64,000 bases of DNA from contig NC_092377.1 in the NCBI RefSeq assembly GCF_030028105.1, positions 166,510,104 to 166,574,103 of the forward strand, written 5' to 3'. This document shows positions 24,674-38,100 of the stretch, one piece after another. Origin of the DNA: Mobula birostris (taxonomy: Eukaryota). The position numbers were made by a program, and so were the translations under genes. The notes under the pieces were generated by a model. The model did no database searches, had not been told where the DNA came from, and saw only the letters and a list, made by a program, of their open reading frames with translations. The first letter of the stretch is position 1. Every line of letters begins with the position of its first letter.

Positions 24674-25849
24674 TGAATGCATCACGTGTGTCAATGACCA
24701 ATGCTGTCCGAGGAGGTGCTGACATGATAGAAAAATGGAGGGGGGGGGGGAGGGCTTGAAGATTTTAGAGTAGATTAGTGGGTTAGCATAACATTGTGGG
24801 CTGAAGGGCCCATACTGCTTTGTAACATTCTGTTCAATGCAATAGAAAATACAATTTTTTTTTATTTTCAGATGACATTGATATCGTGCACATCAACCCC
24901 ACATGATAACACACAGGAGTATTGTGTGCAGTTTTGGTCACCTACCTAGAGGAAGGATATAAATAAGGTTGAAGGTGTACAGAGAAAATGTACAAGAATA
25001 TTGCCGGGATTGGAGGACCTGAGTTATAAGGAAAGATTGAATAGCTTAGGATTTTATTCCTTTGAAAATAAAAGATTCAGAGGAGATTTGATAGTTATAG
25101 AAAATTGAAGGTTATGGATAGGGTAAATGCAAGCAGGCTAACAATGCTTAGACCCATGTCTGGGGGTCCAGGCCTGGGGCTGGAGGCTCAGAGGCAGCCT
25201 GACCAGGGATTGGAGTGTCTGTGTGTTTGGATGGGTGTGTGCTAGAGAGGGAAAGGATTTGCTCTTGTTGACTTGTTTTGTGATTTTGTTGCTGCTGTGT
25301 GTGTTCTGCCGAGCGTTATGGGATTGCGATGTTGGCGTCGAAATGTGTGGCGACACTTGCAGGCTGCCCCCGGCACTTTCTTGGACTATGGTTGTTAACG
25401 CAAACGACGCATTTCACTGCATGTTTTGATGTACGTGTGATGCATCTGAATCTGGAACAGTAACTCAAATAACCACATGTTACATGTTACAATAGCGGTG
25501 TACAGAAGAGCAGCTCTGAATGCACAACATGTTGAACTTTGAAGTGGATAGGCCACAGCTGCAGAAGACCATGAACTTACACTCATGACCACTTTTAGGT
25601 ACAGGAGGTACTTTTAAAAAAAAAAAAATGGCCACAATCTTTAAAGTCAGTATAGACTAACAGATTTCATTCTGTTCCATAAGCTGTGTGGTTCCATGAA
25701 GCTTATCCCCGAAACAAAGATTGTAAACAGTCTGGCTCTGCTTGGGCAATAATCAGAAAGGGGGCTGACGTCAGCAGTCCAACAAAGCCAATAACTTCCT
25801 TGTGTTTTCTTGAAAGAAAGGATCAGAATCAGGTTTAATATCACTGACA

Positions 25850-27065
25850 TGACAGGAAAATAATTTAAAAGAAGAAGCAAGTAGGAGCATTCAGCACTTT
25901 TTGTGCACACAGTCCTGAGGAGACATCAGATTGCTTAGAGGGAGAGAGAGTTTAAAAGAAGTGAATGGGGGCAGTTGGCACTTTCTGAGCACCACAGTTC
26001 CCGTGGAGACATCGGATTGTGCATAATTAGTCACTTGGCAAGGACCAATGAAAAGAAGTTAGGTTTAGGTGGAGTGGCCATTGTGTGAGTGGGATGGTAT
26101 TAGAATGGGGCTCATCAAGATTTCCGCAAGGAGAGATATAGACCATAGGTCTATTTATTTATTTCATATTTATCCTTTCTTATTGCACATTTAGAGCAGT
26201 AAGGATGCAAGACAGAATATTGGAATGCTCTTCTCATGGGATGTGGGGACGCAGGAAGACTTCCAGTGTCCCTAATGACTACACTTATAAGAAGTGCATC
26301 CAGCTGCAGCTTCTAACAGACCATGTTAAGGAGCTGGAACTGGACGTGGATGAACTCTGTACCATTTGGGAGGCTGAGGGATTGATAGACAGGACATCCA
26401 GGGAGGTAGTTACACCCAAGTTACAGGACACCGGTAACTGGGTGACCTCAACAGGGAAAGAGGATAGTCCCCCAGTGCAGAGCACCCCTATGGCCATTCC
26501 CCTCAACAGTAGGTGTATCACATTGGATACTGTTGAGGGCATGACCTAGCAGAAGAAAGTTGTGGTGGTCAGGTCTCTGGTACTGAGTCTGGCTCTGTGG
26601 TTTAGAAGGGAAGCGGTGGGGAGAAGAGTTGAGCTGTAGTGATAAGAGATTCATTGGTCAGGAGAACAGAAAGGAGGTCCTGTGAATGAGAATGACATTA
26701 CTAGATGGTTTTTTTGCCTCCTCAGGGACAGCTCAACATTCTACAACAAGTGGGAGGGTGAGCAGCCAGATGCCATAGTCCTCGTCCGTACCAATCACGT
26801 GTAGGAAGAGTGACTAGGTCCTACGAAATGCTTTCAGAGAGTTAGGTGCTAACTTAAAGGACAGGAACTTCAGGGTTGTGATTTCAGGATTGATACCCGT
26901 GCCACCCGCTAGTGAGGCCGGAAATGGGAAGATCACACAGTTTAACACGTCATTAAGGAGTTGGTGCAGGAGGGAGGGCTTCAGATTTTTGGATCATTGG
27001 GCTATCTCCCAGGGAAGATGGGACGTGTACAGAAGGGACGGTTTGCACCTGAACTGGAGGGGGAC
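25850..27065 (+). mobile_element. CR1 5' region / ORF1 remnant (Zn finger, coiled coil, SGNH esterase)
   Basis: CSS..MW..C..CIQLQLLTDHVKELELDVDEL, and VISGLIPVP..NTSLRSWCRREGFRFLDHW..DGLHLN. Confidence 0.8.
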
Positions 27066-27223
27066 TGTAGCATTCTATGACTATAACATTTGTTGTTTGT
27101 GCCAGCAGTACAATACCATATGTTAAAACATCTATTACAGTAAGAAATGTATATAAAAATTAAATTCAGTGCAAAAAGAGAGCAAAAATAGTGAAAGAGT
27201 GTTCAGAAATCTGACGGTGGAAG

Positions 27224-29270
27224 TAAAGAAAACAACAGGAATTCTGCAGATGCTGGAAATTCAAGCAACACACATCAAAGTTGCTGGTGAACGCAGCAGG
27301 CCAAGCAGCATCTGTAGGAAGAGGTGCAGTCGATGTTTCAGGCTGAGACCCTTCGTCAGGACTAACTGAAGGAAGAGTGAGTAAGGGATTTGAAAGTTGG
27401 AGGGGGAGGGGGAGATCCAAAATGATAGGAGAAGACAGGAGGGGGAGGGATAGAGCCAAGAGCTGGACAGGTGATTGGCAAAAGGAGATACAGGAGGATC
27501 ATGGGACAGGAGGTCCAGGAAGAAAGACAAGGGCGGGGGCACCCAGAGGATGGGCAAGAGGTATATTCAGAGGGACAGAGGGAGAAAAAGGAGAGTGAGA
27601 GAAAGAATGTGTGCATAAAAATGAGTAACAGATGGGGTACGAGGGGGAGGTGGGGCCTTAGCGGAAGTTAGAGAAGTCGATGTTCATGCCATCAGGTTGG
27701 AAGCTACCCAGACGGAATATAAGGTGTTGTTCCTCCAACCTGAGTGTGGCTTCATCTTTACAGTAGAGGAGGCCGTGGATAGACATGTCAGAATGGGAAT
27801 GGGATGTGGAATTAAAATGTGTGGCCACTGGGAGATCCTGCTTTCTCTGGCGGACAGAGCATAGATGTTCAGCAAAGCGGTCTCCCAGTCTGCGTCGGGT
27901 CTCGCCAATATATAAAAGGCCACATCGGGAGCACCGGACGCAGTATATCACCCCAGTCGACTCACAGGTGAAGTGTTGCCTCACCTGGAGGGACTGTTTG
28001 GGGCCCTGAATGGTGGTAAGGGAGGAAGTGTAAGGGCATGTGTAGCACTTGTTCCGCTTACACAGATAAGTGCCAGGAGGGAGATCAGTGGGGAGGGATG
28101 GGGGGGACGAATGGACAAGGGAGTTGTGTAGGGAGCGATCCCTGCGGAATGCAGAAAGAGGGGGGGAGGGAAAGATGTGCTTAGTGGTGGGATCCCGTTG
28201 GAGGTGGCGGAAGTTACGGAGAATAATATGTTGGACCCGGAGACTGGTGGGTTGGTAGGTGAGGACCAGGGGAACCCTATTCCTAGTGGGGTGGCGGGAG
28301 GATGAAGTGAGAGCAGGTGTATGTGAAATGGGGGAGATGCGTTTAAGAGCAGAGTTGATAGTGGAGGAAGGGAAGCCCCTTTCTTTAAAAAAGGAAGACA
28401 TCTCCCTCATCCTAGAATGAAAAGCCTCATCCTGAGAGCAGATGCGATGGAGACGGAGGAATTGCGAGAAGGGGATGGCATTTTTGCAAGAGACAGGATG
28501 AGAAGAGGAATAGTCCAGATAGCTGTGAGAGTCAGTAGGCTTATAGTAGACATCAGTGGATAAGCTGTCTCCAGAGACAGAGATAGAAAGATCTAGAAAG
28601 GGGAGGGAGGTGTCGGAAATGGACCAGGTAAACTTGAGGGCAGGGTGAAAGTTGGAGGCAAAGTTAATAAAGTCAACGAGTTCTGCATGCGTGCAGGAAG
28701 CAGCGCCAATGCAGTCATCGATGTAGCAAAGGAAAAGTGGGGGACAGATACCAGAATAGGCATGGAACATAGATTGTTCCACAAACCCAACAAAAAGGCA
28801 GGCATAGCTAGGACCCATACGGGTGCCCATAGCTACACCTTTAGTTTGGAGGAAGTGGGAGGAGCCAAAGGAGAAATTATTAAGAGTAAGGACTAATTCC
28901 GCTAGACGGAGCAGAGTGGTGGTAGAGGGGAACTGATTAGGTCTGGAATCCAAAAAGAAGCGTAGAGCTTTAAGACCTTCCTGATGGGGGATGGAAGTAT
29001 ATAAGGACTGGACATCCATGGTGAAAATAAAGCAGTGGGGGCCAGGGAACTTAAAATCATCGAAAAGTTTAAGAGCGTGAGAAGTGTCACGAACATAGGT
29101 CGGAAGGGATTGAACAAGGGGTGATAAAACAGTGTCGAGGTATGCAGAAATGAGTTCGGTGGGGCAGGAGCAAGCTGAGACAATAGGTCGGCCAGGACAG
29201 GCAGGTTTGTGGATCTTGGGTAGGAGGTAGAAACGGGAAGTGCGGGGTGTGGGAACTATAAGGTTGGAAG
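27224..29270 (-). mobile_element. Penelope-like element, 5'-truncated: RT, GIY-YIG endonuclease and terminal repeat
   Basis: Open frame from about 29270 to 27658: FYLLPKIHKP..RPIVS, MDVQSLYTSI, GVAMGT..PSYA, YIDD, VIYCVRCSRCGLLYIGET..RF.EH. Inserted in a Rex-type tail with TGGAAG at both junctions (27218-27223, 29265-29270). Confidence 0.95.
27328..27363 (-). ncRNA. Minimal type I hammerhead ribozyme motif in the Penelope terminal repeat
   Basis: On -: AGUC-CUGACGA-AGGGUCUCAGCCU-GAAA-CAUC-GACU. Stems I and II are intact; the stem III palindrome is broken by one G>A change. Confidence 0.7.
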
Positions 29271-30309
29271 GAAAGAAGTTGTTTCTGAAATATTGAGCGT
29301 GTGTCTTCTGGTTCCTGTACCCTTCCCCTTGATGATAATAATGAGAAGAGGGCATGTCCTTCATGATGGATGCCACCTTTTTGAGGCATCGTCTTTTGAC
29401 GATAATTCTTTATAATTCCTTCTAAAGTTTTACTTCTGGGAAGTTAACATTACCACAAAAGGGGAGGGCAGCACAGAAATGTCAGAAGCTAATGGAAGGT
29501 AATAAAGGTTTTAGGACCTTACAGTCTGAAGCTGTGGAGAGAGGAGAAAGAAGGCCACCTGCAATGAATGTATTTAAGTAGCCAACTGATGTTCCTTCAC
29601 GGGGTTCATGCACAGTTAGTGAACATTCGGAGTGAGGAAATGGTGGGATGTTGGATGTCAGTAGCAGCACATTTGGGTCAGCGGAGGGAGACCCTGTTGT
29701 TGCATGAGTGGAGTCACTGGAGAAAAGTACTCATAGATATGAAGCAGCTTCTTTATTTGACAAAACGTGACACAGTAAACATCCAATTGAAAATGCTTTC
29801 GTTGGAAAGGTCTGGTTGGCCCATTGTGGGGTTCAATATTTTATGTGCTAAACATCAAAGAGCAATTCCATGATTTCTTTGAAACAACACACAAACTTCG
29901 CACCTCCCGATTCGCACCTACACCACAAACATCTAAATTAATTTTAATTAGCATTATCTGGGCTGTGATTCAAACTATTAGTAACCTATTGTTCAGAGCT
30001 GCATTTCAAATTAAGTCAAGCTATATTCAGATTTGAAGATTGGTGGCTGAAGTCATTTGCTAAACATAAACCCAGAAACACTCAAAACACTCAATCACTT
30101 CATTGCAGTGTAGAAACTTTGACAGTAGAAATTACAGCAAAACTCTTCCCAAGTTCTGTGGTGAGCAAGTAACCCAAATTGCATTACACCTTGTGGATCA
30201 GTTCCATAAATTTTTAATTTATTAATTATGTGGACAGCAGACATTTCGTGTACGGTCAACCCCTTCTAAGTATGTTAAATTATAGAACTTGGAATGAATT
30301 CATATTCTT

Positions 30310-30725
30310 CACATCAGCATCTCCCCACGAAAGAGTCAAGGCTGTTCTGGACATGATCAGATTTCATCATAGAAAACCTACAGCACAATACAGGCCCTTC
30401 GGCCCACAATGCTGTGCCAAACATGTACTTACTTTAGAAATTACCCTAGGGTTACCTATAGTCCTCTATTTTTCTAAGATCCATGTACCTATCTAGGAGT
30501 CTCTTAAAAGACCCTATCGTATCCGTCTCCACCAGCATCGCCGGCAGCCCATTCCATGTACTCACCACTCTCTGCATTTTTATTAAAAAAAAACTTAGCC
30601 CTGACAGCTCCTCTGTACCTACTTCCAAGCACCTTAAAACTGTGCCCTCTTGTGCTAGCCATTTCAGCCCTGGGGAAAAGCCTCTGACTATTCACACGAT
30701 CAATGCCTCTCATCATCTTGTACAC
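30310..30725 (-). mobile_element. CR1 3' fragment
   Basis: VYKMMRGIDRVNSQRLFPRAE and a CR1 tail, on -. Confidence 0.85.
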
Positions 30726-31554
30726 CTCTATTGCATCATGTGTAATTGAGTACAGGATCACTACACACACATTTACAGAGAGGCACTAGGGGAAAAAAAC
30801 TACAAAGTACAAGGTAAATTTATTATCAAAATACATTGTCACCATATACAACATTGAGATTCATTTTCTTGAGGGCATACTCAGTAAATTAAGAAATAGA
30901 ATCAATGAAAAACTGCACCCAACGGGACAGACAAGCAATGAATGTGCAGAAGGCAACAAACTCTGCAAATGCAAAAGAAAGTAAATAGTTGAGAACAAGT
31001 ATAGAGTCCCCCAAAGTGGGTTTTTAGGTTGTGGAATCAGTTTATTGTTGAGGTGAGTGAAGTTACCCATGCTGGTTCAGGGGCCTTGATAGTTGAAGGG
31101 TAATAACTGTTCCTTTACTTTGAACTGAAATTCCCATTGTAGTCCTAGGTATAATCCAGGACAAGAGGTGAATAAAACCAGAGGACATAGGCTTAGAGTA
31201 AAGGAAAAGAGATGAGGTAAATTTCCTTCACCCAGTACTTGGAACATGCTGCCTGAGAGCGCTTGAACTGAGTCACTAAGAGTGTTTAAGGGTCTAAATG
31301 GGTCCTTCAATCTATGGACCAAATACTGAATGCTGAGGTTTATTTGGAAGGTACGCATTGGTCAGCATGAATGAGTTGGGCCAAATATCTGTACGATTCT
31401 GATTTTTCCTCCAAACTGCATTCTGAGTTCAAGACTCTCCAGAGAGATGCACTATTGGCTACTTTATTAGGTACACTTGCGCAAATATCTAATCAGCCAA
31501 TCATGTGACAGCAACTCAATGCATAAAAGCATGCAGGTATGATCAAGGGATTTA

Positions 31555-32415
31555 GGCTACGTCCACACTAGACCGGATAAATCCGTAACCGAGGCTTTTC
31601 CTCTTTGTTTTGACCCTCCGTCCACACTGAAACGGCGTTTTCCTCCCCCGAAAACCGAACTTTTCAGAAATGCCCTCCAGAGTGAATAAATCTGAAAACG
31701 CCTACTACCTGGCGTAGTGAGTACGGGGTAACCAGCTAATTTTAAAACCGCCGTCATGACGTGCCGGAACAAATGGTGGCGGCAGCGCGGCATTTCATTG
31801 TTTTCTTGAACGCAACCTCCAACACCACAACAACAATATCTGACAATAGATGTGTAACAGCCTAATGTAACATTATATGGAAATACAAGATAACACTGAT
31901 GCAGACATGTTTTATATATTTAACAAGGTGCTTTATTAATGTATTGCTTATCCAAACATTCAATAGATGCAATTGTCACTTTTGCGCAGTAACCCGTTTT
32001 ATTGCACATGTTAAATACAGCAAAATAATACACTAAGACATGACAAAAGTAAAGGCAAACAAATGAGGTAACAGCGAATTTCACTTTTGCCCAGTAACAA
32101 GCCTTATTGCATTTAGTTGTAGCTGTCGTCCCTTTCATCAGTGAAGAGACTATGGCTGTAGGAAGTGTTTCTGGACAAATGCACACCGAGTCTTTCGTTT
32201 GGCAACTTCCTTTTAAATTTTTCCGTTCTGTAACTGGACAAATGCGCTCCAAGTATACCGTTTCCTCTTCGCTTGTTTTCTGTGTGTCCTGCGCATGCCC
32301 AGTATTTGGAGATTCGCCCAAATATCAGTTTTAATGTGGACAGAGGTAGAGGTGGACGCCTGTCATTTTTACGCGAAACCGGCGTTTTCAAAATTATCCG
32401 GTCTAGTGTGGATGT
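31555..32415. mobile_element. PIF/Harbinger-type MITE (about 860 bp)
   Basis: TTA|GGCTACGTCCACACTAGACCGGATAA ... TTATCCGGTCTAGTGTGGATGT; the last 4 nt of the right TIR are lost. CpG-rich interior with no long ORF. Confidence 0.85.
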
Positions 32416-32561
32416 TATAATTCAGCCAAACATCAGAATGGGGAAGAAATGTGATTTAAGTGACTCTGCCTGTGGAATGATTGTTGGTGCCAGAAAGGGT
32501 GGTTTGAGTAACTCAGAAACTGCTGATTTCCTGGGATTTTCACGTATAAAAGTCTCTAGAG

Positions 32562-32635
32562 CAGGGGTTCCCAACCTTTTTTGTGCCATGGGGCCTTACC
32601 ATTAACCAAGGGGTCCATGGACCTCAGGTTGAGAA
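32562..32635. mobile_element. hAT-type mini-MITE, right end truncated
   Basis: CTCTAGAG|CAGGGGTTCCCAACC start. Related copies at about 16768-16853 and about 34590-34665. Confidence 0.65.
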
Positions 32636-33925
32636 TGGTGTGGAGAACAAAAGAAATCCAGTGAGTGGCAGCTTTGTGGGCATAAACACCTGATAAATGA
32701 GAGAGGTCAGAGGAGAATGACCAGACTGGTTCAAGCTGATAGGAAGGTGACAGTAACTCAAATAACCACACGTTACAATAGTGGTGTGCAGAAGAGCATC
32801 TCTGAACGTACAACACATTGAACCTTAAAGTGGATGGGCTACAGTGACAGACAAGCACTGACGCACACTCAGTGGCCGCTCTGTTAGATACAAGAGGTAC
32901 CTCAAAGTGGCCTCTGAGTGCACATTGTTTTGTTTTTTCCTCTTAGGCTTGAGTTTACTTCCCATTCTGCTAAACTTCACTGTGCATAGCCTGATATTAC
33001 TAAGCCTAACTTTGCGGAACAAGATCTTCTTCCAAAATCAATAAAAAAAAGTTTATAGTAATCCTGTTTGTACAGGTTCAATCAACAGAACTATACCGTT
33101 CCTTTAATGTAGTAACAAATTACAGGAAAACATTGAAACCTTGCCACAAAGTAATTGTATAACTCTGACAAGCCCCGTCTCTTCCTCCTCATCTGTCACT
33201 GAGACTTTATGCTGTATTTGTGCCATTTGGTGCTGTGACTACAGCTAAGGTGGAAAAGGTGATACAAATTCCAAGTTGATATTTAGACCCCCTTATCTTT
33301 CTGTTTTGCAATGAATCATAAAAGTCAAAGTAAATTTATTATCAAAGTACATATGTCACCATATAAGACGTTGAGATTTATTTTCTTGCATTTACAAGAA
33401 AATATTCAATCATATTTATAAAAAACTATACATAAAGACTGACTAACAACCAAGGTGCAAGACAAATTGTGTAAGTGAATTGTAAAGAGTACTTGGAAGT
33501 GAATCTGTAGTTGTAAATATCAGTTAAGAGTTGAGGTGAGTGAAGTTATCCATGCCATTTCAGGAGCCTAATGGGTTATAGGTAGTAATTGTTTTGACCC
33601 TGAAGACATGGGATCTAAGGCTCATGTATGATAGTAGTAAGAAGAGAGCATAGCCTGGGTGGTGGGAGTCTTTGATGGACTCTGCTTTCTTGTGGCAATG
33701 CCCTTGCCTGTGATGAACTGGGCTGTATCCATCACTTCCTGTAGACCTCCATTCCTGGGCATTGGTGTTTCCTTACCAGGCTGTGATGCAACCAGTTAGT
33801 TCTGTATCTACAGGACTATTCATCTATAGATGTTTTTGGTGCCATGCTGAATCTAAGAGGCTCTGAGTATGTGCATAACTTAAAAACTAAACTGAGTATA
33901 TTGTCATCAATGTTCTTCCTTGCAG

Positions 33926-34179
33926 GGCTGGAAGGAGAGACCTGCTTACGAACATCAGATTGCTCCACTGGACTGTGCTGTGCCCGTCACTTCTGGTCAA
34001 AGATCTGCCGGCCTGTCCTGAAAGAGGGCCAAGTCTGCTCAAAACGGGGGAGGAAGGAGGGTCCTCAAGGGCCAGAGATCTTCCAGCGGTGTGCTTGTGG
34101 ATCAGGATTAGCCTGCCGTAACCAAAATCAACAATCTTCCCAGGGTTCCTCCAGGCTATGGATCTGCCAACATATCTAG
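33926..34179 (+). CDS. dkk4: Dickkopf-4 last coding exon (colipase-fold CRD2)
   Basis: Acceptor ttcttccttgcag|GG. Encodes [75 protein letters not shown], with 10 Cys, the CCARHFW motif and a DKK4-type QxPEIFQRC loop. Confidence 0.95.
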
Positions 34180-34245
34180 AGAGGTCTAACCCTGAACACT
34201 TGTAATGATGTCACAAATTAACCAGATTAGTACTGCACTAGTTCA

Positions 34246-34251
34246 AATAAA
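34246..34251 (+). terminator. Candidate dkk4 polyadenylation signal AATAAA
   Basis: First AATAAA, 67 nt after the stop codon. Position only, no transcript evidence. Confidence 0.5.
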
Positions 34252-34519
34252 ACACTGTCATTATACAAAGCCAAAAATACCAAACATTGTGCATCAAATG
34301 GTATAAATTATAAAACTTGCTCTGTACAGAGTAATCCCTAACTGCCACATAGAGTGTCTGATTGGGTGATTGTGTCAAATAAATTTATCAAGTATTGATG
34401 GTCAAAGATAATGTCCCTGTAGGCAGCAGTCCCGAAGAGAAGTAGCAAATGTTAATGCTTTATACTGGGACCTTTTGTCAGAGTGGATGTCGGACCTATG
34501 GGCAAAGCATTAGTTCACA

Positions 34520-35155
34520 AAGTCATAGCGCACAGAAACAGGCTCTTCAGCCTATTTAGCCTGTGCTGAATGATTAGCCTGTCTAGCCCAGCGGTTCCCA
34601 ATTTTTTTTATGCCACGTACCAATACCTTAAGCAAGGAGTTCATGGATCCCAGCTTGGGAAGTTTTGGCTAGTCCCATCAACTTGCATCTGGCACATAAC
34701 TCTCCATACCCCTCCATCCAGGTAGCTTTTTAAATTTCTCTTAAGTTGAACTTGCATCCACCACTTCCTCTGGCAGCTCATTCCACATTCGCACCACCCT
34801 CTGAGTGAAGAAGATCCCCCTCAACTATTTCACTTTTTACCCTTAGCCCAGGACTGCTAGTTCTAGTCTCCCTCAACCTCAGTGGAAAAAGCCTGTTTGC
34901 ACTTACCCAATCTATACCCCTCATAATTTTGTTTATGTCTATCAAATCCCCCCTCATCTTCCTACACTCTAGGGAATAAAGTACTAACCTATTCAACCGT
35001 TACCTGTATTTCAGATCCACAAGTCCTGGCAACATCCTTGTAAATTTTCTCTGCACTCTTGAAATCTTATTGAATCTTTCCTGTAGGTGACCAGAACCGC
35101 ACACATTACTCCCCGTTCAGCCTCATCAACGTCGTATACAACTTCAACATAAAAT
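34520..35155 (-). mobile_element. CR1 3' fragment
   Basis: RLVLYSLE..MRGDLI..IMRGID, on -. Confidence 0.75.
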
Positions 35156-38100
35156 CTCAGCTACAGATCAAGTTTAACTTTAGTATAAAGACCTATTTTT
35201 GTTAGTAATCTGACAGTCAATAGCTTTGTAGGCAAGGTTTCAAGAGGGACAGTTTATAAAGGGATAAAGCTGTGTATACCCACATGACAGAAAATAGAAG
35301 AACCAGTGTATAAACATTGAAGATTAATTTGGATGTAATTGGGGAATGGTTCTACTCCTGAAAAAGATGAAAAAATTCTTGAAAAAGGTAACTTTTTGAA
35401 CTGTCAATATTCCACAGCTGCACATTCCATCTTTGACATCTATTTCACATTTATATAGCAACTTCATAAAGATACTTCAAACCAATTAAGATCAAGTAAA
35501 TCATCTCTAATGTCCCAAGATGTAAATTAACTTTCTGTATAATTATTTTCCACACTAAATAGAATTTCACATGACAATTTTGAAATTATTCATACAACCC
35601 CTCTCAATTTTAATTCAAATTAATTTTATTAACTGAAGAGAAAAGATATTTTCCAAGATTCAAAGTACATTTATTATCAAAGTATGTATGCAGTATACAA
35701 CCCTGAAATTTGTCTTCCCCACAGACAGTCACGAAACAACGAAGAACTATGGAACCAACCTGTTCAAAGAAAAATATCAAATATCAAACCCCCTTCCCAG
35801 AGCAAAAAAATTGCACATACGGCAACAAAAAAGGGCAAAAACACAGAATACAAAACACAAAATCAAAAGGCATATTTCAGTTCAGTTCAGTTCCACTCAG
35901 TGTTATCTGCAGACTGCCCAAACGTAATAACAAAAACAAATGTATTTTTTTTAAAGCACAGTGAAACAAATTGCACCCAAAACAGGCAATTAAATCATGT
36001 TGTTATTTCTTCGAGCAACTTTGCAAATATTGTAAAAATTAAAAACAACAACCTCCGTGAAACAGTACACTGACACATATACCAGAGGAGAAAAGATAGG
36101 GGAACTGCAGACAATTTATAAGTTTGCTGAGTTTAATGTTTTTTTAAAGGAACACAATCCTTAAAATATCAAAGAAAACATTCATATAGTAAGTTCAGAA
36201 ATTGGCAGAATTTTTCACTTCGCATTTTTTATTCCATTAGGAAATAGTTCTGAACCAAATCTAAAATGTATAATCGCTCATGTTGTGATTATACAGTACC
36301 TGAATTGAACATTTTCAATTAGTTCTAAATAAGCATATTTTAATTTAAACTTTGAGACCAAAACAATTATTAACTGCAACCAAATTACTAACATAATTGC
36401 TTGAACGCCAGCTTGAACATAAATTGCTTAACTTAAGGACAGAGGTTTCAAGGCCTCATCTTGTTTCTGAAAAGCAAACTGCTGGAGCAATTCAGCAGGT
36501 CAGGTGGCATCTGTGGAGGCAGAGGGATGGTCAACATTTCAGACTGAGACTCTGCACCTGTACTGACACTTGACCCATTGAGTTCCTCCAATCATTTGCT
36601 CCAGGTTGTAATGTCTTCAGCCTCTTGTATATCCAAACTCTGAAGAAAGTATCCAACAGAAGTCCTACAGACAAAACAGATTATCTCCAATTTAAAACAC
36701 AAGAGATTCTGCAGATAGTGGAAATCAGCACAAACAAAATTGCTGGAGGAACTCAGCAGGTCAGGCAGCATCTATGGAGGGGAATAAATAGTTAATATTT
36801 CGGGCCAAAACCCGTCATCAGGATTTAAGCTTTTTCAGGGTATTGCCTACCCTGAAGAAGGTTAAATCTTCTCTTCAACGGGAGCTCAGTGAGACTCTCT
36901 CTCACTGCTTCCCCTCTGTGATCTTCAATTTAATCATCCAATATCTAGTTAGAATTTATCCTCAGCCCCAGACAGTTCATTGTTTAAAGATCTATCAAAC
37001 TGGAAAACCAACACATATCTATCACTTACATGTAACTTGAAAATTCTGATGCATGTACTGGGTTAATAATTTGCCAAATCTCAGATAGCGTTTCAAGATT
37101 TCTGGGTATATTTCACAGAGTTTAACTCAATTTTGAACTATGTCTCTCAAGCTTCTTAAAATACAGACTTTACTATTTCCAGCCACAAAGATGAAACTAC
37201 AAAAGTTTAAGTGGCTTCCAAATCTGCAAGCCCAACAACTAATGACACTGACTGAACAAGCAAGCAATTTGGCAGAAAAACTGCCGTGGTCATTATCGTT
37301 CACTCAGTCTGTCATTCATCGTGTTTCACAAAACAAGCGATTCTGCAGATGCTGGAAAGCTACAGCAACACACACTACATGCTGGAGGAACTCAGCAGGT
37401 CAGGCAGCATTTACGGAGGGGTTTGTTGACATTTTGGGCTGAGACCCTTCATTAGGATTTCCACGTTCCTATTCTTTTTCATTGTTGAAGACTGATCAAA
37501 ATCACACTATCTTTGCAATCTCCTGATTTTTTTTTATTACTTGGCCTCTCAAAGAGGACAATGCCAGAGAGGGTGCAGATGAGATTAAGCAGGATATGGC
37601 TGAAGCAGATAACATTATGTAGGGTAGATTACAGATAGAGCAGATCATAGAACACCATTCTCCAGAACATAAGTGTATAAAAACAAGAGAACATAAAATT
37701 AAGTGAAGGGATAGGAGGTTTAAGAGGACTCAGAGAATGGCGAATAGCCGGTCGATGGGAGTAGGTAGTTTAAATGGTTTCAGCATGGACTAGATGGGCC
37801 TGTTTCTGTGCTGTACTTTTCTATGGCTACGACTCTATACATTAGGATCATTTTTCATTATAATAAAAGAATAGAAGGACAAAGGAAAGTAGGCAGGAGT
37901 AGGCTATTGGGCCCCTCAAGCCTACTCTGCCATTCGAAATGATCATGGCTGGCTGTCCCAGGTCTCTACTGCTCTTCTCAGCCACTTCCACATAGTTTCA
38001 GTTGCTCAATCTTTCAGAAATTCTACTCTTTAAATAACTAATGATCTAGCCTCCATAACTCTCTGGGGCAGAGAATTCAAGAGATTTCATCACAAAAATT

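Larger units (their letters stand above)
31450..32920 (+). mobile_element. Tc1-derived non-autonomous element hosting two younger MITEs
   Basis: Same family as 12894-13493, split at 31554/32416 and at 32561. Confidence 0.8.

Noticed and set aside
29271-29376. N-terminus (MASIMKDMP..) of the 572-aa ORF as the real Penelope start
   Set aside because: These codons come from the flanking Rex-type LINE tail. The Penelope is 5'-truncated at about 29270.
35684-36073. 129-aa ORF between dkk4 and polb
   Set aside because: It is the antisense of an AT-rich Rex-type 3' UTR, with low complexity and no domain.
36800-37460. Functional hammerheads at about 36815 and 37440
   Set aside because: Core or cleavage-triplet nucleotides are mutated (GAAA-UAUU; CUAAUGA/AAAA), so they are counted only as decayed relatives.
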